Assembly: GCF_963506605.1 (NCBI RefSeq)
Contig: NC_083294.1
Span: forward strand, 38,502,001 to 38,566,000
Direction of reading: 5' to 3'
DNA length: 64,000 nucleotides
Source of the DNA: Zootoca vivipara
Lineage: Eukaryota
Part shown: piece after piece, positions 11,401 through 23,161 of the stretch
Position numbering within the stretch: the first letter of the stretch is position 1
How the letters are laid out: each line of letters starts with the position of its first letter
Program-made: the position numbers and the translations under genes
The notes under the pieces: model-generated
What the model was told of the DNA's origin: nothing
Seen by the model: only the letters and a program-made list of their open reading frames with translations
The model's database searches: none

Positions 11401-12932
11401 TTCCAGAATTTTGGGCGGGTGGGGGAGGGGTGGGGTGGGGTGAAAAGGTGGCAATGTAGTTTGTGGCCAGATCACAGAGCTATCATTTTAAACCCTCAAC
11501 CAAGCACATTAATTATACTAATCTATGTTATTAAATAGTCCTGAGGAATTGTGATTAGGTTTTAAGTCATGATAATTGGAGGTCTATATAAGACAATGAG
11601 TCTTTATTGTTTTATGAGGAAAGTGAGCATAAAAGGGAATGATCTGCTGGTGTGAAATGGCTCATTAAAAGTTAAGTTGCCCAACGCTTATTCATACAGG
11701 GAAACTATTCACTTGATGGTTGCCGCTTGGAAGGGATGTGCTGCAGTAGGCGTAAGACATGGGTTGGAAACTGCAGTCCTTCAAATAATGTGGGATGTCA
11801 TCAGCCCCGGCTAGTAACACCAATGGCCAGGGCAATGGGAATTGCAGTCACAACTGGGCACACAGTCAGGCTCTCTGATGTAGATCCAGCATTGTATGGC
11901 AGATTCAGAAGTGCAGGGTCTCTTCATAATAGTCATAACCATTCTAAAGTAATACAGCCTTCTAAGATTATGCAATAATTTTATAATTATACAATGGTTA
12001 TATTAATTAGGGATGCCTTTTTAGTGTTGGCATCTGTCTGTCTTGGGAGACAATGGAGGAGTGTACCTTCGGGGGGTGAAGCCAAACAGTTGGAAGATTA
12101 CAGTACCTGCAGTGGCCGTAGAGACCGATGCAGGAGAGACATGTTTTGTTGCAGCTGGGGCAGGTGAAGGCTTCCAGATGAAGGCCTACCGGGTTTGAAT
12201 GTTGAGCATATTGCTTTATGGAAGTGAGTCATGTGCAACTTACAACTATTAGGGATGCATTGCAATGATTAATGCAGATCTTCACCTGTTGCCTTTCAGC
12301 TAGATCTATTATTTTCCATGCACATGCCTAGAAAATTGATTCGGAGTACTCTAGTATCTTCTTCCAGAGTGACTTAAGTTGTGCTTTCCTCAAAATTCCA
12401 TTGTATGTAACAGAACTTGCACACCATTCTCTTGAAACATAAGCACCTTGTGCTTTCAGTGTTTCTAAAAGCTTAGCTTCGGGGCACATAGTAGCTAAAG
12501 AAGCTCCCCTTTCATGCCAGTTGGGTGTCTCTAGGACTCTGGAGACAGGGACCTTGCAAGGACCCTGCTGCAGAAAAAGCAATGGGTCTTTGACCCCCTG
12601 TGACCTTGGACCACTACAACACTGTGGGTAAGCGTAAGTTACTATGTTGGAAGACAGTCTTCCAAACAACCTGATTCCAGACAACAGGAAGCTAAAGATA
12701 ATCCTGGCGCCCTGACCATTGTCCCTTTGTAGGAGGGATAGGGAAACTTTTGCCTGGGGGCCAAATGTGACCAGACCTAAGGTTTCCTGCCCCTGGTCTA
12801 CTGTGCTTGGAAACGGTTCTCTGGGTCTCAGGTAGAGATCTTGCCTATCACCTACTACTGAATCCTTTTAGCTGGAAATGCCTGAAGTACAACCTTGACA
12901 CCTTCTTCATACAAAGCTTGTGGTCCATTCTG

Positions 12933-13544
12933 TTGTTTTCTTTTAAATGCTTTATTGAAGTTAAAGAAAAACAACGAACAGAAGTTCATCCAGAAATAAA
13001 TAAATGTTACAACAAATCACAATAAATTCTTCTTACAATTATTACAACTCCCGTCACACCATCATGCATCTACCACTTATTTTTTCTAACATTTTCGTTT
13101 ATTAATTTCCATTAAAGGCTTATTATCCTAGAAGTATCCCCAATATCACAGAAGTCATTTAAGGCCTGCCATTGATGTCATGTTATTACAATGTTCCTTA
13201 AGGTATATTTTTGTACATGTCCCATTCTTTAAGAAATGTCTGTTCACTATGGCCTCTCAGTTTCCCTTCATTTTTGCCAACTTGGCATATTCTAATGGTT
13301 TACTTTGCCACTCCAGTTTAGTCGGGATCTTTTCGCCTTTCCAATATGTAGCGATTAATATTCTTGCAGCTACTGTGGTGTACAAGAATATTCCCCTTGC
13401 TTTTTTAGGTATATCTGTGCCTAGTATCCCCGGGAGGAAGGTTTCCTTTTTTTACATATAAAGGAGATCTTAAACATCCTTTTGAGCTCATTATAAATTA
13501 CACCCCCAAATTCCTTTATTTTCTTACAGGTCCACCACATATGG
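12933..13544 (-). mobile_element. 5'-truncated L1-clade LINE 3' end, inserted into a SINE
   Basis: 19-bp TSD aagcttgtggtccattctg at 12914..12932 and 13545..13563; minus strand encodes FHMWWTCKKIKEFGGVIYNELKRMFK, homologous to 627..2234. Confidence 0.9.
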
Positions 13545-14611
13545 AAGCTTGTGGTCCATTCTGAGCTGTGGACACTGCGCTTCAGTAGTCTGCAGCTTAT
13601 CAGATTGTGTGGAGCCTGTCCTTTTTTAATGCATTTATTTAACAAGTAGCCCAGTGACAAAGGTTGCAAAATCCCATGACCTGTGGTCTCCCCCATTAGC
13701 TTCTGCATAACCCCTCTCTTCATCTGCTGCTCGCCTTTGTGAAAAGCACCCTACCTTCCAACTCTGCCTATTGATGAAAGGCGAGTGCATAGACCATGTG
13801 GTTATCAAATGTTAGTAATGGTGGTGCTGTGAAGCTTTGGAGATGAAACTGTTTAGCTGGGTGAGATGGCACAGCAGTGGGCCAAAGGCGCTAGCAGATC
13901 AAACCTGCAACCACTGTGAAGCCCACAATATTTCCTGACAATATCTTTCTCTGCTTGCAGCATATGTGAGGGATGAATTCTGAAGTTGCTCTAAGAGGAT
14001 GGTGACAGTTATCCTGTTTTATGCTTTAAGCACAGATCAAAGGGCCACTGGGTCTACTTTCAACTGCCTTTAGGAAAAATCCTCCTGCTGGTTTTGGGTT
14101 CTAGTTTAACCCCCAGCAGTTGTAAAAGCAAACGCACAGTGGTTGGACAATTACTATAGCTTCACACACATGATGACACAACTCTCCATACTGGAGGGAA
14201 AATGTGCTTGCTCTTGAGAAGAGGTGCTTTAAATATACATTCTACTCTGACAATAGGCTGGAGGAATCCTTTAATGTTTTTGTGGCTGCCGTTGATCTTT
14301 TCACTGCTGTCAGAAGCTGCTGAAGACGTACAAGGTTGCTTTTTTGGCACCAGATGTTCCATATGAGATACTCACCATGTGCCTTTCCTGCACTTTGGGG
14401 AAAAGAACATTTGTCGAATACCAAAATAGTTTGAACCATGTTTTGTATAATCTAATCTGGTCTTCAGAAATTGTCAAGTCCTGAGAGGGTCTCCTCCTCC
14501 TCCTCCTCCTTCTCCTCAACATCCAGATTCGAAACTGATTAAACAGTCACAATTACTTGGAAAAACAACTACCTCCTTCTATTTTGAGTGGAGACAGGTA
14601 TGTGCTAAGTA

Positions 14612-14966
14612 GGGATGCAGGTGGTGCTGTAGGTTAAACCACAGAGCCTAGGGCTTGCCAACCAGAAGGTCAGTGGTTTGAATCCCCGCGACAGGGTGAG
14701 CTCCTGTTGCTCAGTCCCAGCTCCTGCCAACCTAGCAGTTTGAAAGCACGTCAAAGTGCAAGTAGATAAATAGGTACCACTACAGCGGGAAGGTAAACGG
14801 CATTTCCGTGCACTGCTCTGGTTTACCAGAAGTTGCTTTGTCATGCTGGCCACATGACCTGGAAGCTGTACGCCGGCTCCCTCGGCCAATAACGCGAGAT
14901 GCGCGCCGCAACCCCAGAGTTGGTCACAACTGGACCTAATGGTCAGGGGTCCCTTTACCTTTACCT
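14612..14966 (+). mobile_element. Sauria SINE, full length
   Basis: tRNA-like head (B box ggtttgaatcccc), conserved core gtcatgctggccacatgacc, (acctt t)n tail; imperfect 13-bp TSD tatgtgctaagta/tatgtgccatgta. Confidence 0.92.
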
Positions 14967-14979
14967 TATGTGCCATGTA

Positions 14980-15722
14980 CAGTCATACCTCGATTTAAGT
15001 ACTCTTCGGTCATAGCTGCCAAGTCTCCCATATTCCCTGGGAAACCCCCATTTTTCCAGCTGTTCCCAGGTGGAAAAACAGATTTTTTTGTTTTTCCCCG
15101 GTTTACTTATCAGCCGGGTGAGGCTCCTTCTGCGCATGTCTGGAGTCTCTGGACATGTGCAGAAGTGAATTCTGGCACGGTGGCCATTTTGGAACTGGGC
15201 AGAGCATGCTCAGAAGCGACTTTCGATGCTGCTCTGCCCAGTTCCAAAATGGCTGCAGCGTGACTTCCGTTGCGGCAGCCATTTTGGAACTAGGCAGAGC
15301 AGCATCGAAAGTCGCTTCTGAGCATGCTCTGCCCAGTTCCAAAACGCCAACAGCACTACTTCCGGTCTGCTGATCCCTTATTTTTCTGGCAGGAACTTGG
15401 CAGGTATGTCTTCGGTTTGAGTACTTTCAGTTTAAGTACTCCGCAGGCCCATCTGGAACGGATTAATCCACTTTCCATTACTTTCAATGGGAAAGTTCAC
15501 TTCAGGTTAAGTATGCTTCAGGTTATGTACGGACTTCCGGAACCAATTACACTCATACTTCGGGTTAAGTGCGCTTCAGGTTGAGTACTCTGCGGACCCG
15601 TCTGGAAAGGATTAATCCACTTTCCATTACTTTCAATGGGAAAGTTCGCTTCAGGTTAAGTATGCTTCAGGTTAAGTACAGACTTCCGGAACCGATTGTG
15701 TACTTAAACCGAGGCACCACTG
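14980..15722. mobile_element. Tc1/mariner (pogo/Tigger-like) MITE with a nested hAT MITE
   Basis: TA flanks; TIR cagtcatacctcg.tttaagtac / gtacttaaaccgaggcaccactg; two internal ctggaacggattaatccactttccattac units shared with 58646 and 63244. Confidence 0.88.
15011..15408. mobile_element. hAT MITE (catagctgccaagt TIR family, long variant)
   Basis: TIR catagctgccaagt / acttggcaggtatg; perfect 8-bp TSD tcttcggt at 15003..15010 and 15409..15416. Confidence 0.9.
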
Positions 15723-16739
15723 TATTGAGTTTGTGCAAACAGAATCCCCCACTCCCATAGAAGTGCATGCATACAAGCACAGTCTTCTCACTTGGGATGA
15801 GAAGTATGCAAATGACTGGTCCTATCTTCCTCATTTAAAGGTAGAGTGAAGGGTGTGTGCATCTGGTGTTAGGACAACATCTTAGCTACTCCTTACATGT
15901 GTATCTTGGATCCGTGTGCCAATGCTTAGACTATCTGCTGACTTTTAATATAAAGCTTTCAGGTTTTCTTTAGTGAAGAAGTTTCCCTGTGTCCAAGGAC
16001 GGGAGGAACATAGAAGGATGACTTATGATGCATTTTATTATTTATAACCAGAGCATATTGTAAAATACAGTTACTGACTCACACATGTGTGCATGAAAGA
16101 GTTAACCTGAGCCTCCTGTAGCCAACCAGTCAACTTCTGTAGCCAATAATACGACACAAGTGGGACCATGACATCCCCCTCCACCCACAATTTTGCTTCC
16201 CTTCCCCAATAGTCAGGCAGCATTCCATAATCTCAGAGCAAACCTGGACTTTAATGGGCTAGTTTTGGGGTTCTCTCCAAATTGTTGTTTCCTCACTAAA
16301 GATTCCAACTCCCCTCCCTACTTCTGCAAGCCTTTTTGCTCCCCTGATCCACCTGATACCACATTCTTGTGTAGCGAAGATGCCGTTTTACTACAAATGG
16401 ATTCACTCTCACTTCTGAAATTCAGAAATAGAAAGGACGATATGATTCAATAGATGTCTGTGCACTGGCAGCTGTGGGTCTCAAAGAGATCTTAATTCTC
16501 AGCAGCAATGAATTTCTCTCTTTTACCAGGCCAATTCATTGTGTCAGTCTCTTTTCAAGTGGGAAGTCAACTGCAAAGTGCAACTTTAAACAGTAAGGCT
16601 TGTGATGCAACTGCTGGAGAACAAACACCTTCATGAAATAGATCACTGACTTTAACCACCTGACTAATTACCGTAAGCAGACAGTTGCAAAATGGGAGCT
16701 GAGTTGAATAGAGAAATGACACATAGAGGTTTCCAAATT

Positions 16740-16740
<1 letters not shown>

Positions 16741-16782
<42 letters not shown>
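16741..16782. repeat. (GT)n microsatellite
   Basis: Direct. Confidence 0.97.
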
Positions 16783-16784
<2 letters not shown>

Positions 16785-17203
16785 GAGTGAGAGTGTCAAT
16801 GCACAAGTTTGTATATCTGCAATCTCCCAAGGGTCTCCTTGGCTTACATACTTGATAGGATCTCTCATTTTTAATTGGTCCTGTTCAATAGTGTTTAATT
16901 GCAGGATCAATAATATGCTTGATGGAACAGCACACCTTGTCAATACTCATCCACTGCAATCCCACTGATCTATGGGAAATCAATAGGGATAACCAGGAGT
17001 TCTATGATGGGGGGGGGATATAATGGCCTGTGGTCATCATGGGGTAAGTACTATAACGGCAGTTAGATTATCTTTTTTTAAAGGCTTGCTTGCTTGCTAA
17101 TGATAAGTAATGATCAATTGATACTTCCTCTGTGGTCATTAATAGCTAGAAGGTCTTTCATCAACAGCCCATGATGGTGGCTACCACGTGCCAGCACGAG
17201 ATC

Positions 17204-17293
17204 CATAGCTGCCAAGTTTTCCCTTTTCTTGCAAGGAAGCCTATTCAGCATAAGGGAAAATCCCTTTAAAAAAGGGATAACTTGGCAGCTATG
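17204..17293. mobile_element. 90-bp hAT MITE (catagctgccaagt family)
   Basis: Perfect TIRs; 8-bp TSD acgagatc at 17196..17203 and 17294..17301. Confidence 0.93.
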
Positions 17294-17314
17294 ACGAGAT
17301 CAGTGTTCATCAGT

Positions 17315-17317
17315 GGT

Positions 17318-17397
<80 letters not shown>
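17315..17397. repeat. Compound (GT)n(GA)n microsatellite
   Basis: Direct. Confidence 0.97.
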
Positions 17398-17401
<4 letters not shown>

Positions 17402-17449
17402 AGGTTAATCTCCTTGCTCTAAATCACAAACTCTTTGGAGTGTGGTGCA

Positions 17450-17487
<38 letters not shown>

Positions 17488-17675
17488 AAGAGAGTCTGGA
17501 GAGATGCAATGTAATCACAACCAACTAAATGCAAGCAAGCAAGCAAGCAAGCAAGCTCGGGAACCTTTAATATCTCATAATGCCTAGCCACGTGATGCTG
17601 ACACAAAACCCTACACTAACACAATAGCAATAGAATGAAAGAACATTGGGGTCTGGATAGCTCAGTTGGTTAGAG

Positions 17676-17811
17676 CAGGCATCCCCAAACTGCGGCCCTC
17701 CAGATGTTTTGGCCTACAATTCCCATGATCCCTAGCTAACAGGACCAGTGGTTGGAGAAGATGGGAATTGTAGTCCAAAACATCTGGAGGGCCGAAGTTT
17801 GGGGATGCCTG
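17676..17811. mobile_element. hAT (Charlie-like) MITE inserted in a tRNA-derived SINE head
   Basis: Long TIRs caggcatccccaaact.cggccctccagatgttttgg; TSD ggttagag at 17668..17675 and 17812..17819; host reads tagctcagttggttagagcatggtgctga. Confidence 0.92.
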
Positions 17812-17946
17812 GGTTAGAGCATGGTGCTGAGAACACCAAGTTTGCACGCTTATCACATTTATAATTTTTTTAATTTACTGTCGTTCAATGTTTTAAATGT
17901 TTGTGTTCCTTCTGGGATTGTACTGCCAAGTGTGTTTTATATGCTG

Positions 17947-18162
17947 NNNNNNNNNNNNNNNNNNNNNNNNNNNNNNNNNNNNNNNNNNNNNNNNNNNNNN
18001 NNNNNNNNNNNNNNNNNNNNNNNNNNNNNNNNNNNNNNNNNNNNNNNNNNNNNNNNNNNNNNNNNNNNNNNNNNNNNNNNNNNNNNNNNNNNNNNNNNNN
18101 NNNNNNNNNNNNNNNNNNNNNNNNNNNNNNNNNNNNNNNNNNNNNNNNNNNNNNNNNNNNNN
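17947..18162. other. Assembly gap (N run)
   Basis: N characters. Confidence 1.
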
Positions 18163-18894
18163 TTTTATCCCCCTATGGGACAACTGCATATTCCTGTATT
18201 GCAGATCCTCAAGGTCCCTTTGAACTCTACAGTTCTAGGATTCTATGATTACTCCTATCTTTCTTTCTCTCTCTCTCCTCTCTTCTCCCCCAGCTGCAAG
18301 ATGTCTGTGATCGTAGTGTCTCATACTGAACATAAACAAATGGTGAAAAAGAGTCTTATAAATCAAAGATGAAGACGCTATATGTACTTTCCCTTGTTTT
18401 GTTATACAATTTAGTGCCTTATCCAAGACTCCTGAACCAGGGCTCCAGAGGAAGTTCCTGCTAAGCCCAACTCTACTTAAAGACCAGATCTCCCTGTGCC
18501 ATGTGCTCCCCATCCAGTGTCTGCTCATTGATCAGGCATGAGGTAGCAGAGAGTGACAGAGAGAGTGACAAAGGACTGACCTTTCAATGATTCAGCAAGG
18601 GGCCAGAGACTGGAGAGGGATAAGGCAGGGATAGCCAGGGTGGTGTTTTGGAATACAACTCCCATCACCTCACACCATTGGCACTGCTGTTTGGGGCTGA
18701 TGGGAGTTAGAGCTCACATCTGGAGGGCTATCTCTGGAATAATACATCAGCTGGAGTTGGGACTTCGTTGGAGCAAATTGCTTGCTTGCCATGATCCGCC
18801 TGGAGCCATATGCCCTGCACTCCCTTTTTTAAAAAAAAAAGTACGTGTGAATCCTACACGACCCTTGCCCTCCAAAATTTCCTTCAATATACTG

Positions 18895-19036
18895 TAGGGT
18901 TGCCATATGTCTGGAATTTCCTGGACCTATCCAGAATATTGCTGTCTCTGGACATTGCTCAAAAAGAGCTCCCCCCCCTTTTCTTCTCAACAACTTTTCC
19001 ACCTGGATTTTCACTGTTTGAAATATAGCAACCCTA
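18895..19036. mobile_element. hAT (Blackjack-like) MITE
   Basis: TIR tagggttgccatat / atatagcaacccta; perfect 8-bp TSD atatactg. Confidence 0.9.
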
Positions 19037-19200
19037 ATATACTGGGCTGCCCACCTCCTTGATCCAGCTTTTGTACCTTGGTGTATAAGCCTGTCCCACG
19101 ACCCTCTGCCCAACACGTATAAAACACAAAATAAAAGTTTTTACTTGCTAATGTAAAAACCGAATTTCAGTTGAATGATTGGGTGGGGTGATCTTTCAGG

Positions 19201-19338
19201 AATAAGAGATTTTGAAATAAGAGATTTAAAATAAGAGATTTAAAATAAGAGATTTAAAAACAATGCAAGAAAGGACAGAAAAAATGAAGCAATAAGAGAT
19301 TTAAAAGCAATGCAAGAAAGGACAAAAAAAGGGAAGCA
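19201..19338. repeat. Tandem 14-bp unit (aataagagatttaa) x4 plus a ~46-bp duplication
   Basis: Direct. Confidence 0.85.
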
Positions 19339-20008
19339 CTGTTCCATGCATTTTCTATATTATGGAGAATTCAGCTCCTGAGGGGCATCAGAAATTTCTT
19401 ACACTGTCTCAATTGTTTATTTATGTCTGTTGTGGTATCCTTTAGTGTAGCACATTAGTCAGAGCTGTTGTGCCGCAGCTAGAGTGAAGTTCCACTATAT
19501 AAAGCTGTAGGGAATCCATCTGCATGGTTTTTGTTTTCATAAATGACACTGATGTGTCAATTAGGCCCATGAGACTGATTTCTTGAAGCCATGCCCACCT
19601 CCCTCACATCTGATATGCAATTTCAGGTGTGGAGCAGGTATAGGGATGACAGGATTTGTCTGTTTCCATTCCCTCCTATCCTAAATTGCCCCCTCACCTT
19701 AAATTCCACATTTTGTAGAAATTTGCATTTTTATTTTAATTGTTGTGAAAATTCACCAGCATTTTAGTACGAGTTTCTTTCCTAAGCACATTTTTATGTG
19801 CTGTTTTGACAAACGTACAGATTTCTGCAAGAAATGTCCGTGAACACACTTTAAAAAATGTTATTTTCACTAATGCCTTCATTTTTATGCACGCCTTCAC
19901 CCAATATATGCAAGTACTCCACAAAATTCAGTGAAGTCCAGTTTTCAAAGGAGAGTTATGTTTTGGTTCACATATTGTTTTGGGAAATGCAAATTTGATA
20001 GATTTAAC

Positions 20009-20210
20009 CACCAGTTTTCTTCTAGAAAAAAAGGTGCCGATACTTACCATGAAGTTGTTATAGTAACTCCCAAACTTTTAACCTCTTCTTCTTCTTCTTC
20101 TTCTTCTTCTTCTTCTTCTTCTTCTTCTTCTTCTTCTTCTTCTTCTTCTTCTTCTTCTTCTTCGGATGCTGGTACTGCATCCCATTGAGTACTCCCAGAG
20201 AAAAGCACTG
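20009..20210. mobile_element. hAT-type MITE nested in 19641..20257, containing a (TTC)n tract
   Basis: TSD gatttaac/gatttagc; right end aaaagcactg; left end degenerate. Confidence 0.6.
20084..20163. repeat. (TTC)n / (GAA)n microsatellite
   Basis: Direct; about 26 units. Confidence 0.97.
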
Positions 20211-21822
20211 GATTTAGCTTTAAAAGCAAACTGAATCGAATTTCTCCCTCATCCCAAGGCAGGTAAAAGTCCTGACTGCTTAGGAAGAATTGGGAGCTTA
20301 GAGTGAGCTCCTAATCATTCCTTTGCAAGTGAGGAGGAAGACAGTCGCAGCCACACATGCAAGGGCATTGGGTTTTCTAAGCCCCCAACCATTGTCTGCT
20401 CGCTGGTGCTTGTGTGTGAAGTGGTTTGATCCCAAACTACACATGGTATTGAAAATGGGTTACCTGCTTGCTGGGTGGGCCACTCCACCCACCTGGTGAA
20501 GTTGACCTTTGGGTGAGTGGGTGGATAAGATAACAATCCAGTCCAACATCTGGAGCTAGTTCCCCTCTCCTGTCATACCAAATAGCAACATGTGAACAAT
20601 TTAAGGAGCAAAAAGGAACAATTTAAGGAGCAAAACCGTTTTGAGAATACTGAATGAGGCTTGAGTTCGATGGCCCCTTTCCCTGGTTTGGCTTTTGTGT
20701 TCTGTAATACAAACACAACCAATCTTCATATTATAGGTGAAGCAGAGAAGAAGTACAGATAATCCATAAATAGCTTGCAAAATGCTGGGTGGCAGCGCTG
20801 CTGCTCCCATGCCACCATTAGGGGATCTGATAACGACACGCCAAATTCTGTAATTAAGCGACTATAGCGTCTTGTAATGCTGTTATGTTTCGTCTTAGTC
20901 ATTCCAAATAGAATTAATTATGAGCTAATTAAAAAGCCCTCCTGCCTCCCTTTCAAAAATAACTCCACTGTTTTAGCTATTCGTAGGTAGCCATAAATCT
21001 TAGCTCTATTTAAAGAGGGGGGATTGATTGCTGTTCTAATACTTATTGAACACCTATAACAGATGTTTAAATCTCTCCAAGCCTAGTATAATTAAAATCG
21101 TAAATCCACACTCATTTGACAAGAACGTTAGCAGGAATCAAAGGTGTAAATAAGCAAGTGGAGTGAGGAGGCATTATTTTGCTTGGTGTGGTGATCAAAG
21201 TGCCTATGATATTCCACATTCAGCTGGATGTTCTGTGGATTCTCATCCTTAGGAATAGAGGGGCTCTCCTGTCACATGTGTGGAAGAGAAACTTGTCTCA
21301 TCACCTCAGATCATTCTGCCCTAGTTGAGGCCCTCAAATGTTTCTGTAAAAGTGTGTGTTTCACTAGAGTGAGGGGGAAGCCAGTGAGGGAGGGTTAAGA
21401 TGTTTTCCTGGGGTGGGTGTTTCTACCACTGCTTTTTCTTCCCTGATTATTTCACCTGGCACAGGATACAGTTCCTACAGGATGAATGGGGAAAGAAAGG
21501 GCAATAAAAAACAAACAAAACCTATGCATTAGAAAATAAAGGGGTGAAGGATGCAGCAGTGATGGGGTTAATTCTGTTTGTGTCTGGGAGGAGGGAGGGT
21601 GAAGAAGTGTGTGGGAAATCAGGAATGCCACCAAAGATGCCTCTAGCTTGCAAGTCCGTCCAGACGGCCAATAGGAAGCAGGCCGGTGAGCACTGCAGGA
21701 ATCGCAGTGCAGGTTTCCCCACCCAGTATTCTGGCCCAGGAAGCTAGTAGCAAGTGGGCTGGTTATGCTGCTGATGCAGGCTGGAGCTGAGAAGAAGGTC
21801 CCACCAAGAATAATTCTTGATA

Positions 21823-21975
21823 AAGGTAAAAGTACAGGTAAAGCATTCCTGGATGGTTAAGTCCAACTGAATTTGTCTATGGGGTACGGTGCTCACCTCT
21901 GATTTCAGGCCAAGGGAGTCGACGTTTGTTCACAGACAGATTTTCTAGGTCATGTGGCCAGCATGACTAAATTGC
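21823..21975 (-). mobile_element. Old Sauria SINE 3' fragment
   Basis: aaggtaaa tail remnant and ggtcatgtggccagcatgact core. Confidence 0.7.
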
Positions 21976-22124
21976 TTGTAGTCACATAACAAGCCGTAGT
22001 TGATCTGATTGTCTGTGAGTTAGCTCCTTTGACCAAATTTGGACAATGTTAACAATGTTGTTTGGATAACATACTAAGCCATAGTTAGTGTATTATCAAA
22101 ACAAGGGTATTGAGTCAATGGTCA

Positions 22125-22280
22125 ATGACCATCAGTCTCAATACTGAATACAATGATTGGCAGTGGCTCTCCAGGATTTCACATAGGAGTCTCTCCAGCC
22201 CATCTTGGATATACCGGGAATTGAACCTGGGACCTTCTATATTCAAGGCAGATGCTCTACCACTAAGCTACGGTCCTTTC
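22125..22280 (-). mobile_element. tRNA-derived SINE
   Basis: gggaattgaacctgggacc (B box, reverse complement) and gctctaccactaagctac (A box, reverse complement). Confidence 0.7.
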
Positions 22281-22724
22281 CAGACTTCCCCCTGGTGTTC
22301 TCTCTCTTGCAACTCTTGTGATTCCCAGCTTGACTTCATTGTTGAGATTCTTGCCATTGCTGTCTTTGCTTTTCTTCATTTTTGTGGATTTCAGGCACTT
22401 TTTAGTACTCCCTTTTCTTTAACTAACAAGGGCCTGTCCCTGTACTAATGAAGGGAATCTGCAAGATCTCCCTGGCCCCCCTCCACCCAAAAGCCTGTGG
22501 TGTGTTCTCTTTCAAAGTATGTCTTCCTGTCAAGGGAATTCAGCCAACAATCTCCTTTGTGAATAATTGCCTCTTGCCTGTCAACGTGGGGTTACAGATA
22601 TGTTCATTTTGGGAAAACACTGCCGAGAGTTCTTTCTTCCCCACTAGGCATGCATTATTATACAGATGTTCCAAAGATAATTCAGCAGAAACTTATCCTT
22701 GATGAAGAACCTGACATAAATGCT

Positions 22725-22910
22725 CGGGGAAGGGATGTAAAACATCTGCTTTGCATACAGAAGGTCCCAGGTGAAGCCCTCAGTATCTCCAGGTAGGAAT
22801 GGGAAATACTCACTGCCTGAAACCTAGGGGAACTGCTTCCAAGCTGTGTAGGATGTACTGCGCTAGGTAGACCAATGGTTTGGCTCATTTTAAGGCATCT
22901 TTTTATGTTG
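22725..22910 (+). mobile_element. tRNA-derived SINE
   Basis: catctgctttgcatacagaaggtcccaggt...atctccaggtagg...gtagaccaatgg. Confidence 0.65.
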
Positions 22911-23161
22911 CATTAGTTTGAGAGCAGGGTATCTCTACATAGTAACTTATGTTGGTTTTATACCACCTTGACATGCCATGGCTTCTCATACTGCCTGGAG
23001 CTAATGAGCCATGCACCCCCAAACACCTGAAGGGTAACAGACTGAGGAATGCTGATGCAAAGGTGCTCTACTCTCCGGTGAGAATTGTTAGACTTCCCCA
23101 GCTCCACTCTCAAAGGTGCTCTTGTGAAGGCAAATGACTGTTACAGTGGTGTTAATCTGTA

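Larger units (their letters stand above)
19641..20257. mobile_element. AT-rich non-autonomous hAT-like element (TAGGGATG termini); related fragments at ~24180..24470, 25970..26370, 34619..36137, 55935..56190, 60277..60969
   Basis: Ends tagggatg / catcccaa; 8-bp TSD agcaggta/ggcaggta; shared internal motifs across the copies. Confidence 0.75.

Noticed and set aside
12010-12190. Possible RTE 5'-UTR-derived repeat or structured RNA
   Set aside because: Resembles a lizard interspersed repeat from memory only; no TSD, second copy or ribozyme core could be verified in the window.
14605-14976. Recurrent 60-120 aa ORFs with LPGHVASMTKPLL (also 25704, 38064, 43427, 49230)
   Set aside because: Antisense translation of Sauria SINE copies, not a gene family.
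17650-17848. tRNA gene-like sequence (tagctcagttggttagagca)
   Set aside because: Interrupted by a MITE and lacks a complete cloverleaf; it is a SINE head, as are the other A/B-box motifs in the window.
17821-18372. ORFs spanning N runs (also 57497..57895)
   Set aside because: Artefacts of assembly gaps.
19931-20229. Poly-Ser / poly-Glu ORFs
   Set aside because: Translation of a (TTC)n microsatellite inside a MITE.
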